In this document: positions 28,864 to 37,998 of the stretch, one piece after another
How the letters are laid out: each line of letters begins with the position of its first letter
Numbering within the stretch: the stretch's first letter is position 1
Assembly (NCBI GenBank): GCA_963774935.1
Contig: CAVZGO010000003.1
Coordinates: forward strand, 389,262 to 453,261
From: an uncultured Chloroflexia bacterium
GTDB lineage: Bacteria; Chloroflexota; Anaerolineae; Anaerolineales; UBA4823
Reading direction: 5' to 3'
Length of the DNA stretch: 64,000 nt
Made by a program: the position numbers and the translations under genes
The notes under the pieces: generated by a model
What the model was told of the DNA's origin: nothing
What the model saw: the letters and a program-made list of their open reading frames with translations, nothing else
Databases searched by the model: none

Positions 28864-29806
28864 AATTCACCAGAGCGTATGAAGGCGCCATACTGCGCTG
28901 AGCCTGACCGATACGCCTTATCACACCATCAGCGACCATGCCTATCATCAAGAACTGGACTCCGACAAACAGCAATAACAATGCGGATGTCGATAGTACT
29001 GGCTGAACCAGCAAATCCCAGCCTTTCGCCGATGAGCGAGCGAATAAAGAGAACACGTCATAAATCGTTTTCAAAACTCCCAATCCACTGAAGAATAACG
29101 CCAGCGGGACAAATATTTTCAACGGATTGAACATCATCGACATACGAAGTATCAGGATCAAAAAATCCATAAAATGCCAGGGAACGATTTTTGAGCGACC
29201 AGTGCGCGGATAGTAATTAATCGGATGGTATACGATATGGTATTGGTCAGCCAGGTATGCCAGGGTGATGGTCGTAGTAAACGAAAAGCGGTTCGACAGG
29301 ATAGAAAAATACTGCCTTGCACATTCGCGCCGGAAAACCCTCAGACCAGAGTTTAGATCCGGTATCGGCTGCTCGGCAATTCGCTGTGCCATCTGGCGCA
29401 ATAGCCAGCGCGCCGGCTGGCGCAGCCCGCTGGGATGGACAATTTCACCTGTTCGTGCGCCTACCACCATGTCTGCAGTCAATAATTTTTCCAATAACTG
29501 TGGAATTTCATCTGCAGGATAGGTGCCGTCAGCATCAATGATGGCAATCGTGTCATGTCTGGCTGCCAGGACACCAATTTTTAATGAAGCCCCATATCCT
29601 TTATTTACCGGATGGCGCAGTAACCGGGCGCCTGCCTTCACCGCTTCGTCGCCAGTCTGATCTGTGGAGCCATCATCTACAACAATAATCTCAAATGCAC
29701 GACCACTACCTATGAGACCATCATGTACCGCGCGTATTTGATTCGCAACGGAATCCTGCTCGTTATATGCCGGGATCACCACACTGACGGGATCGCTTGT
29801 GATCAT
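28826..29806 (-). CDS. Polyprenyl-phosphate glycosyltransferase (GT2; ArnC/GtrB/DPM1-like)
   Basis: VSVVIPAYNE...IIVVDDGSTD...IDADG, plus two C-terminal TM helices. Confidence 0.8.
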   Translation of the reverse strand: MITSDPVSVVIPAYNEQDSVANQIRAVHDGLIGSGRAFEIIVVDDGSTDQTGDEAVKAGARLLRHPVNKGYGASLKIGVLAARHDTIAIIDADGTYPADEIPQLLEKLLTADMVVGARTGEIVHPSGLRQPARWLLRQMAQRIAEQPIPDLNSGLRVFRRECARQYFSILSNRFSFTTTITLAYLADQYHIVYHPINYYPRTGRSKIVPWHFMDFLILILRMSMMFNPLKIFVPLALFFSGLGVLKTIYDVFSLFARSSAKGWDLLVQPVLSTSALLLLFVGVQFLMIGMVADGVIRRIGQAQRSMAPSYALVNYEDSEEQSDGNS

Positions 29807-29824
29807 CCTTATCGTCCTTATGCG

Positions 29825-31330
29825 CTATGGTCTGTCGTAACGCCAGACGTAAATCGTTCCAGCGTTTACACTACCGGGAAACTCATTGATTAAAGAATAA
29901 TCCGTTTGCGCCAACTGCCAAATCTCAGGTTGTACAGCTCGCAAAACTTCAGGGAATGTAATCACCAGCCAGGTACGCTTGTTCTCTGCCATGATACTCT
30001 GAAGATCACTTGCAGACTCTACCTCAATCCATTTCGTAGGATAAAAATCATGATAAGCATAACTGGCGATTCCCGCCGTTGCGACATCGTCGCCTGGCTC
30101 AGCCTGGGTTTCTATGAATGCCATAGCTGAACGAAAATCTTGTTTCGGACCGTAGGCGAAAGGCATGGAAATTGCTGAAACCAGAATCAGGCAAAGGCTC
30201 AATCCCAAGCCCAGCCAGCTCGCTTGCACCGTTGTGAGCCTGAGCCGCTTGCTTAACCACCTGGCAAGCACTGAAACTCCGCGCATGACCACCAGGCTGC
30301 CAAATCCAATGGCGAAGAAAAAGAAGCGCGGCCACAGGTGATGCCCAATTGCAATCGTTATGGCGGCGCCCAGAACCGGTGGAATTAATAAGAGACCAAC
30401 CACTTCAGGAAAGCTTCGCCAGTAACTCCATAAGCCGATGGCAAAGATACCCAACGCCAGGGCAGCGAGCAAGCTGGTAGAGAAACCAACCTGCATGCCA
30501 CGGATAAGCTCCAAAACTGTCCAGATCGGGCTTTTCCACTCGGTCACCACGCTTTCCTGCGTGCCACCGATCACCTGGCGCATCTGGTTGAAGACCGGCG
30601 CGTACAGGATGGCAATCAACAAACCTGAGATCCCAAATCCGGTAAAACCCCGCCAAAAAGATGAACTGGAGCGGTTTTTCCGGCTGATCAAACGAAGCAA
30701 AAAAACCATTCCCTGACCTGCCAGGACAAAAATCATCGTCAGGTGGGTGTAAACACCGAGAGCGGCTGAAGCTGCAAATCCAAGCCAGTAAATCCACTTA
30801 CCCTTCTGCAAGGCGAGGATTAGCAGCCATGATGAGAGTAACGTCCAAAACAGCATCCCTGTGTAGCCCCGCGCGTTCTGGCTGAACCAGAGGTGGTGGT
30901 AGGAAAAAGCCATCAATCCACAAGCCAGCAGCGCTTCTAGCGGCTGGGTGACCAACCGGCCGAAAAGATATAACCCCAGAATGCTGCCTACGCCAAACAG
31001 AACCGCTGGCAACCTGAGCGCCCAGGTGCTTTCGCCAAAAATTGAAAAGGATGCATGCGCCAGAATCGAGTATAGAAAATGCTGGTTCTCTGATTTAAAC
31101 GTGGTGGCAATTTGCGCGTATGGCAGTCTTGCGTAGGTCAGATAGGTGGTCATCTCATCCAACCAGATTCCGCTATCAAGCTGGTAAAGGCGCGCCAGTA
31201 ACGAGATTATGAGCAATAAAACCAGGCTCACGATCAGGATCAGGTGACTGCGCCGGCTCAAGGTTTCAGGCAAGCCTTTTTTCTCGCTTTCCGGAAAATA
31301 GATGCTGGATAAGAGCCGTGATGAGTGCAA
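29825..31330 (-). CDS. GT-C fold membrane glycosyltransferase (family 39/83, ArnT/PMT-like)
   Basis: About 12 TM segments. The first loop motif GIWLDEM and the following LRLPAVLFG pattern are typical of ArnT-like enzymes. Confidence 0.65.
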   Translation of the reverse strand: MHSSRLLSSIYFPESEKKGLPETLSRRSHLILIVSLVLLLIISLLARLYQLDSGIWLDEMTTYLTYARLPYAQIATTFKSENQHFLYSILAHASFSIFGESTWALRLPAVLFGVGSILGLYLFGRLVTQPLEALLACGLMAFSYHHLWFSQNARGYTGMLFWTLLSSWLLILALQKGKWIYWLGFAASAALGVYTHLTMIFVLAGQGMVFLLRLISRKNRSSSSFWRGFTGFGISGLLIAILYAPVFNQMRQVIGGTQESVVTEWKSPIWTVLELIRGMQVGFSTSLLAALALGIFAIGLWSYWRSFPEVVGLLLIPPVLGAAITIAIGHHLWPRFFFFAIGFGSLVVMRGVSVLARWLSKRLRLTTVQASWLGLGLSLCLILVSAISMPFAYGPKQDFRSAMAFIETQAEPGDDVATAGIASYAYHDFYPTKWIEVESASDLQSIMAENKRTWLVITFPEVLRAVQPEIWQLAQTDYSLINEFPGSVNAGTIYVWRYDRP

Positions 31331-32579
31331 TCATGCTGTACCAGTAATAGAAAATATGCATCAGAAATACTGCGAATGTAAAAAAAATGCCGCGCAAACG
31401 GCTGAAATACTGCAGCATATTCATATTTACGATGGCGACTCCCCCGAGAAGGGTCAGCACCCCAAGCCAGTACCAGACCGGTAAGAATGCCAGAACAATG
31501 ATGATATATCCGAAAGCGACGAAGTAAACCCCAATGAAATAAACACTGCGAATAGACAGAGAAAACTTCCCGATGATCAGGAGAGTCAATGCCGCTATGA
31601 GGACAACGACTGGGGGGATTAGCAGCCATTGATTTCCCGAGATTAATCCTAAAAGGATACATCCTGTGGCAAGCGCAGCAGCAGGGAGCGGTCTACAGCC
31701 CGCCTGCTGCCAGGTTGAAGGTTGGTCCCATGCCATCCAATCGATGACCAGCAGGTAAAGGAGGATCGCCAGTGGAAGCAAAACACCATTGGGCAGGACC
31801 AACCCGGCGATCAGCATCCCGACCAGAAGCACGGCTAGCAGTGCAGCAAATCTTTGGGGTAAGGTCAGGTTCAGATCATTTGGCAGCTTGCGATTGCGTA
31901 AAATCAACCGCGTCCAGGGGATTCCCCGGTGCAGTACGTCCGTCTTGATCAGGCCTGCCAGACTCCAGCGTTTCAGGTGCTTCACCTGCAAATCCTTGAG
32001 CAGGCGGATTTCATGTCCGGCAGCTTTCAACCGTGTGCCAAGCTCGATATCTTCAATACTCGGACGGGGGTAGCGGTTAGAATCAAATGCTCCAAGTTCG
32101 AAAAATATAGACTTGCGGATTGCACCGCAGCCGCTCCAGAACGTCGAGGCATTCTGCCGGGCGGATTGATGAACGTAATGATGAGTTAGGTTTTTGTACT
32201 GAGAGAGAAAGCCAGAGTCCTCCGGAGCATCGTCGTATGAGCCGAAGGCTGCGCTGATCCCTGGCTGCATTTCGAACAGCAAGGCAATTTTGATTAACCC
32301 ATCTGCAGGCAGCAGCACATCCGCATCGAGAAAGAGGAGAATCTCACCGACTGCCTGCTGCGCGCCCCGGTTGCGGGCTTCGGCGGGACCATACGGACCG
32401 CCGGTCATCATCACAAGCTGCACAGGGTAATCTCCTGCCACCTGGGATGTTGCATCTGTTGAGCTATCATCGACCACGATGCACTCAAACTTAGCTCCCT
32501 GGCAAGAATAAACAGCCTCCAGGCAACGCCTTAGCGTTGCTCCAGCATTATGTGCCGGAATGATGATGGAGATCTTCAT
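31266..32579 (-). CDS. Glycosyltransferase family 2 with C-terminal multi-TM domain
   Basis: MKISIIIPAHNAGATL...CIVVDDSSTD...LDADV. The C-terminal half is hydrophobic. Confidence 0.8.
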   Translation of the reverse strand: MKISIIIPAHNAGATLRRCLEAVYSCQGAKFECIVVDDSSTDATSQVAGDYPVQLVMMTGGPYGPAEARNRGAQQAVGEILLFLDADVLLPADGLIKIALLFEMQPGISAAFGSYDDAPEDSGFLSQYKNLTHHYVHQSARQNASTFWSGCGAIRKSIFFELGAFDSNRYPRPSIEDIELGTRLKAAGHEIRLLKDLQVKHLKRWSLAGLIKTDVLHRGIPWTRLILRNRKLPNDLNLTLPQRFAALLAVLLVGMLIAGLVLPNGVLLPLAILLYLLVIDWMAWDQPSTWQQAGCRPLPAAALATGCILLGLISGNQWLLIPPVVVLIAALTLLIIGKFSLSIRSVYFIGVYFVAFGYIIIVLAFLPVWYWLGVLTLLGGVAIVNMNMLQYFSRLRGIFFTFAVFLMHIFYYWYSMIALITALIQHLFSGKREKRLA

Positions 32580-32911
32580 TTAGAAGTCCAATACAGCAAG
32601 ACGAAGGAGATACAGAAACAAAGAGTAAATTCTAGGATGCAAATAAAACGGCGCGCTCCGCCCTGCCGTCGGAATAATCTCATTTTCTTCCAGCTCGGCT
32701 CAATTTTCCAAGGCGCCCGACCAGGCCATTTTTGGTTATTTGTGCATGCATGAATCACGCCAAATAACCATTGGCGTGATTCAAAACAATCTTTACTTAT
32801 AACCTCAATCTTATCTCAGACAGAGGGAAATTCCCGAAATCCATCCACCGTCCACGCTGGTCAGAATTGAATTCGTTGCTCCTCACTATCAAAGAGCTTT
32901 CGAAAGCCCGT

Positions 32912-34144
32912 TTAAGGCTTAATGGCAACGGAACAGGTCATATTCCATTTCAAGCGCTCATCGATTTGATCTAAATCCGAATAAACGTTATAGGTAATAT
33001 CACCCTGCCGGTTTTCTCCCACCGTGCTGATGGATTGTACTGTGCCAATGAAATTGATATCCGGCAGGGCGTCAAACGTAATCGTGGTAGGGTCACCCAC
33101 GCCGATGCGCACGATGTTAAGCTCGGTCAGGTCTGTTGTCTCTACGAGCCAGTTGGCAAAATCAGCCACCAACAATACCGGTACCCCGGGACCAACATAC
33201 TCGCCAACCTTGAGATCCAAAGAAGCGACCGTCCCGGTAAAAGGCGCCCGCAATTCCATGTTAAGCAGCGACGCCTGCGCCGCAGCAAGCATTGCTTCTG
33301 CATTGGCGACCTGAGCTTGCGCTAAAGCAACCTCATTCGGATCTGGGCCGTTCTTCAGGATTTCATAACGGCGCTCCACCTCAGCTTGTTTCGCCATGGC
33401 AACTGCCAGATCTGCTTCCGCCTGGCTGATGCGCGACTCGCTCGGCCCGCCGATCAGGGAGTTGTATTTTCTTAAGGCTCCATCGTATTCTTTCTCGGCT
33501 TGAGAGAGTTTACTTAACAGCGAAGCGCGCGTCAGGCTGTCATCCGTCTTGTTTTCATAGGGCCGGTAAGCTTCCTGAGCCGCTCTCAACTTTTTATCCG
33601 CCAGATCCAGGTTGGCTTTTGCCACGTCAATATCTGTCTGGTTCACGACACCTGTTTGCAGGTTCTGTAAGGCGTTTTGTGCATCCGCCACGGCCTGGGG
33701 GACATTGGCTAAAGCCTGAAGCGCTTCGGCTGCCCGTAACGGCGCTTCATCATATAGTGCTTTCAAAGCCTGCTGGGCAATAATCAAATCTAGCTGTGCA
33801 GAAGTCACAGACGCCTGAGCCTGCTCCTGATTGCTTAAGTGCGCCATGATCTGACCTGGCTTTACCTCCTGGCCTTCATTTACAAGGATTTCAGAGACTA
33901 AACCACCCGTATTAAAGCTCAGATTGACATAATTCGCTGGAACCATCTTACATTCAGCAGCTACCATATTTGGATTCAGCGTTGCCAGCGCCTTCGGCGT
34001 CTCCTGCCCAGCCTGCTGCTGGGCTGCCGGAGTTTGCCCTTGAACATTTTGCGGCGCGGCAGGCATGTTCAGATTCCAAACAACCAGGAATATGATGATC
34101 ACAACTACCGCCAAAACAGATACGATTATCGCAGCTCGTTTCAT
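32912..34144 (-). CDS. HlyD-family periplasmic adaptor (MacA/DevB-like membrane fusion protein)
   Basis: N-terminal TM segment, a long Ala/Gln-rich coiled coil, and lipoyl/beta-barrel motifs (GQEVKPGQIMAHL, APFTGTVASLDLKVGEYV). Confidence 0.8.
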   Translation of the reverse strand: MKRAAIIVSVLAVVVIIIFLVVWNLNMPAAPQNVQGQTPAAQQQAGQETPKALATLNPNMVAAECKMVPANYVNLSFNTGGLVSEILVNEGQEVKPGQIMAHLSNQEQAQASVTSAQLDLIIAQQALKALYDEAPLRAAEALQALANVPQAVADAQNALQNLQTGVVNQTDIDVAKANLDLADKKLRAAQEAYRPYENKTDDSLTRASLLSKLSQAEKEYDGALRKYNSLIGGPSESRISQAEADLAVAMAKQAEVERRYEILKNGPDPNEVALAQAQVANAEAMLAAAQASLLNMELRAPFTGTVASLDLKVGEYVGPGVPVLLVADFANWLVETTDLTELNIVRIGVGDPTTITFDALPDINFIGTVQSISTVGENRQGDITYNVYSDLDQIDERLKWNMTCSVAIKP

Positions 34145-34226
34145 TTTTTCTTCTCTCCCAAAAATCTATTACATTAAGTCCTCAGAACGAAACCGAGGTC
34201 CATAATTTCCTTAACCAAATTGTCGC

Positions 34227-36614
34227 TTACTCATAAGCCAGCACTTCGCGCACAGACAGACGTACCGCCCGGCGGGATGGGAAAACACTGGCGATCAAAG
34301 CCAGGAAGATTACCACTACCAGCCATAACAGCGCGCCACCAGTGGAGAATGTGAACTGCAGCGATTCCTGTAAGAACCCCTGACCAATCACATTACCCAT
34401 GAGCCAGCTCAGTGGAAATGCCAACAGCAAACCGATCAGCCAGCTTAAGATGCCAATCACAGCGGCTTCAACGATCACAATCTGCATCACAGAGCCGTTG
34501 GTTGCTCCAACCGCCCGCATCACACCGATCTCCCGGGTGCGTTCGAGGACATTCAAGCTCATCGTGCCGGACAAGCCCAATCCACCGACTACGGTGAGCA
34601 AAACCGCCATCATCATTAAGAACACGAAAATCACACTGTACTGGCTAACCATCGATTCGCGCAGCTCTCCGACTGTAGATGTAGATCCTACTCGTAAACC
34701 AGCTCGCTCAAAATTCTCATCCAATTGCAGGGCGGTCTGCTGCCGCTGTTCCTCGGTCTCTGCATTTGTGCGGATATACACCGCCCCTGCCAGCCCATAG
34801 CGGCCGGTGCTGCGCGAAAAATCTGCCTGGTTGATGTACGCTATCGGCCCGCTTAACACCGAGCGCGCGATCCCCACTACTTCTGCCTGGATTTCTTTAT
34901 CGCCGGTATTCAGCAGGATCTGGCTGCCTATCTTGAGCTTTGGGTCGTAGTCCAGCACATCGGTGTTGATCACTACCGTATTTTGATCGGTCGGTTCCAA
35001 CCAACGTCCGGCAAGCAGACTGGGGTTGATCAGCTCGGTATCCGGCGGCAATGCCAGCAGCATCAGGCTTTCGCTCTCGGAGCCATCCTCCAGCTTGACC
35101 CGGGCATTGATACCATCCCATGTTTCTGCCGTTTCGACCTGAGGTGATTGCTGAACCTCATTAGCTATTTGTTCAATCCGGTAAGCACGGCTGAAATAGA
35201 CCACCAGATCAAAGCCATAATAACTCATAGACTGATCCATCGTGCGGTTCAGCCCGGCATAAACACTGCTGACTGCAATGAAGATCGCGCTGCCAATCGA
35301 GAGCGCTAACAAGGTAAGCGTCAGGCGCCCCTTCTGGCGGAAGGTGTTTCTCAAGGACAGCAGGACAGGCCTGGGCAAACCGCGCAGATTTCCGATCAAC
35401 CGGTCAAAATTACTCTGACCAAAACGCGTTTTTGACAGCCCATAATCACTGATAGCTTCTCGCACGCTGAGCCGTACTCCAATAAGGATGGGCAGGGAGG
35501 CAGCCAGCACCGGCACCCCCAGGCTGAGGATCATCTGTATTGTGCGGATGAGCTGCGGTGTGCCAAAGTTGGTGATATCGAAATTAATGATGCGCATTAA
35601 GATGAGCACCATCACGCGCGTTCCCAGTTTGCTGATCGGAACAGCAATGAAGTATGCAATCAGCCCGATCATCAGTACGTAGATGGTGTACATCCAATAC
35701 ACCTGCCAGGAGCTCGCTCCTACCGCCTTCATAATCCCGATCTGGCGGATCTGTTGGGTGATCAATGCAGAGATGGTGTTGATCACCAGCAAGCCGCTGA
35801 CCAGAAGAATGACTACACCCATGATGCCTAATATCGACACCATTGGCGTCATGTAAGGCTCGAACCACAGGCGACCAGGATTGGTCAGCACAACCGAATA
35901 GACCATCCGGTCGCCTTTGCGGAGCTTCTCGGCAACCCGGTCGGCGACTTCAATCACCTGCTGGGGATTTTTGCTTTTGTTTTCAGTGGTGAACAAAAGC
36001 TGGTTGTAGGTCGTGGGATAACCCAGATTTGCCAGTGTTTCGAATGTGATGTACCCGCTCGCCTGACCGGTGAAGATGCCCGAGGGGATATTGATATCGT
36101 GCGCCAGTCCGCTGATGGTCAGGGTGCGGGTTTTACCATCCGGTGTTTCGATCACCAGATCATTTCCCAGCCTGGCGTTGATCATATTCATGGAGGACCG
36201 CTCGACGATGATTTCATCTTTGCCGGGCGGCCAGGCGCCAGCCTGGGAGATAATTTTATTAACTCGAATATCCTTAAAATCTGGAATCACCAGCAAGCGC
36301 ATGGTCTGCCAGCTGTTCGGCCCGGTTTTCGCCTGGACATTCAGGTTAAAGCGTCCTTCAACATTATCCACCCCGTTCACATTGCTGATGACGCGCACCA
36401 GATCATCGTCAAAAGGCGCAGTGAACATTAATGCGCTGGCAGGGTTGACGGCGGCATACGCCGCGGGCAGCTCGCGCGAGATGATAGCGTAGGCGCCTGC
36501 CACCATGCCGATGGCAGCCACGCCCACCGCAATGGAGAGCACCACCAGGAGGGTGCGCGTCTTATTGCTCCACAGGTCCCGGAGAACTTTACGCCAGCGA
36601 GGGGTAATTATCAT
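34227..36614 (-). CDS. ABC transporter permease with two FtsX domains (MacB/DevC-like, 795 aa)
   Basis: N-terminal WRKVLRDLWSNKTRTLL, two MacB-type extracytoplasmic domains, and two FtsX 4-helix bundles. Confidence 0.8.
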   Translation of the reverse strand: MIITPRWRKVLRDLWSNKTRTLLVVLSIAVGVAAIGMVAGAYAIISRELPAAYAAVNPASALMFTAPFDDDLVRVISNVNGVDNVEGRFNLNVQAKTGPNSWQTMRLLVIPDFKDIRVNKIISQAGAWPPGKDEIIVERSSMNMINARLGNDLVIETPDGKTRTLTISGLAHDINIPSGIFTGQASGYITFETLANLGYPTTYNQLLFTTENKSKNPQQVIEVADRVAEKLRKGDRMVYSVVLTNPGRLWFEPYMTPMVSILGIMGVVILLVSGLLVINTISALITQQIRQIGIMKAVGASSWQVYWMYTIYVLMIGLIAYFIAVPISKLGTRVMVLILMRIINFDITNFGTPQLIRTIQMILSLGVPVLAASLPILIGVRLSVREAISDYGLSKTRFGQSNFDRLIGNLRGLPRPVLLSLRNTFRQKGRLTLTLLALSIGSAIFIAVSSVYAGLNRTMDQSMSYYGFDLVVYFSRAYRIEQIANEVQQSPQVETAETWDGINARVKLEDGSESESLMLLALPPDTELINPSLLAGRWLEPTDQNTVVINTDVLDYDPKLKIGSQILLNTGDKEIQAEVVGIARSVLSGPIAYINQADFSRSTGRYGLAGAVYIRTNAETEEQRQQTALQLDENFERAGLRVGSTSTVGELRESMVSQYSVIFVFLMMMAVLLTVVGGLGLSGTMSLNVLERTREIGVMRAVGATNGSVMQIVIVEAAVIGILSWLIGLLLAFPLSWLMGNVIGQGFLQESLQFTFSTGGALLWLVVVIFLALIASVFPSRRAVRLSVREVLAYE

Positions 36615-36649
36615 TTTAGTGGAACACAGTAGTTTAAGATCCGGTTGTT

Positions 36650-37954
36650 TTAAGGACGGCCAGGCAATGGTGTGTCTGTCGGTCTGTTCGGCGGTGCTGT
36701 ATCAGTAGGTGATCCCGATGGTGGTCTTGGTGTGCGGATTCCACGCGTGGGTGTAGGAGTTACCAGGGTAATTTTCACCCAGTTATCTTCATCCACCGCC
36801 AGGTGCGGCTGCGCAAATAGCGACAAACCGTTGATCACCATTACCCAATCACCCTTGATGAATTTTGCATTTTCCGGCTCGACGACTATGACCAGCTCGA
36901 TCACTTCGCCCGGGCTCACCATCGGCTTGCCTGGCTCGGTGGCAAACTTGATCTCTACACCGTCTTTCTTCATCAAGGGCTGCAAAATCTGGTTGTTACC
37001 GGTCGACCACAGGAAAAGCTGGTCCCAGCCGCAGTTCGTGTTGTTCTTCACCATCCATGTGGCTGTCGCTTCCTCAAGCGGAGGGCTGCCGCTGCCAATA
37101 ATTGTGCCAGCCTCCGGCACCAGGGTGGGCCCGGAGACGATCTCAAAGCTGGTGGACGACAGGTCCTGGCAGCTGGCAATGCCAGCCGTGGCGGTTTGAG
37201 CGACACTCAACACCTGGGCGGTGGCTTCTTCAAATGCCTGCTGGGTGGTGCGCGCTTCCGCTGCTGCAGTCAGGACCAACTGGGCGGTTTGAGTTAGTTC
37301 TTCATTCTTGACGATTGCCGCAGCGGTGGCGTAGGTATCGGATACCGTCGCCAGGTTTTGCACTGCCGTGGAGAGCGAGTTCTGGCGCGCCGTGGCGAGG
37401 GCTGATTCCTGAGCAGCCTGAGCATTTTGCCAGCGCTGGATGGTCATATAGGTCATACCGATCAAAACCAGTATCGCCAGCACCAGCAATACCATCCACC
37501 AGTTCCTGCCGCGCTTTGACGCGCCAAGCTGTTCGTAGTGGTTCAATGCCTGCTCATGAAGCTGGCTGGTCAGGTCCTCGTCATCACCGATCAAAGGTAT
37601 GGCGGCTTCAGCAACCAGATCGGGCTCTTGCTCGATCAGGACCGGCCTGCTTGGGCGCTCGCTGCTCCTGCGAGCGGCTGCTCCGCGCCTGCCAATCGGT
37701 TCGGCAAAAAGCTCAGCAGGAATACTGCCCTCGCCTGAGTTGGCATATACCACGCATTCGCGAAAATTCTCACTCAAGCAGTAGCCTTGCTGGTAGGCGC
37801 CTGCCACGGAAGGCGGCGGTTTCAGCAGATGACAGCAGTTCCGCTCATCTGCTACTCCAACATGGGTCTGCGGATCACTCTGCATCCCCAAAAATGGGCA
37901 GCTGACTGACCTCGGGTTATTCTGGCTGGGATTTGTTCCTGGCTGTTTATCCAT
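36650..37954 (-). CDS. Single-pass membrane protein of unknown function: Cys-motif N-domain, TM, NBR1-like Ig domain, Pro-rich tail
   Basis: 434 aa. The N-domain reads CPFLG...NCCH...C...C, the TM is WWMVLLVLAILVLIGMTYMTI, the extracytoplasmic ATWMVKNNTNCGWDQLFL segment resembles the NBR1/FW Ig-like domain, and the C-terminus is TPTPTRGIRTPRPPSGSPTDTAPPNRP. Confidence 0.5.
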   Translation of the reverse strand: MDKQPGTNPSQNNPRSVSCPFLGMQSDPQTHVGVADERNCCHLLKPPPSVAGAYQQGYCLSENFRECVVYANSGEGSIPAELFAEPIGRRGAAARRSSERPSRPVLIEQEPDLVAEAAIPLIGDDEDLTSQLHEQALNHYEQLGASKRGRNWWMVLLVLAILVLIGMTYMTIQRWQNAQAAQESALATARQNSLSTAVQNLATVSDTYATAAAIVKNEELTQTAQLVLTAAAEARTTQQAFEEATAQVLSVAQTATAGIASCQDLSSTSFEIVSGPTLVPEAGTIIGSGSPPLEEATATWMVKNNTNCGWDQLFLWSTGNNQILQPLMKKDGVEIKFATEPGKPMVSPGEVIELVIVVEPENAKFIKGDWVMVINGLSLFAQPHLAVDEDNWVKITLVTPTPTRGIRTPRPPSGSPTDTAPPNRPTDTPLPGRP

Positions 37955-37998
37955 CGATCCATCCTATATGAACTGGATAATACCTATTGTTATTTAAA

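Noticed and set aside
32550-32758. 60-67 aa ORFs on both strands in the exporter/glycan intergenic region
   Set aside because: They have no RBS, low-complexity basic sequences and they overlap each other. They are more likely non-coding spacer.
36672-37905. Plus-strand ORFs of 175 and 196 aa antisense to the 36650-37954 gene. The same applies to similar antisense ORFs elsewhere (19458-19973, 41804-42253, 34399-34800, 53199-53594, 61002-61505, 59851-60351).
   Set aside because: They are shadow ORFs inside well-supported minus-strand genes. Their compositions are Arg/Ser/Pro/Gly-rich, and they have no RBS or recognisable domains.
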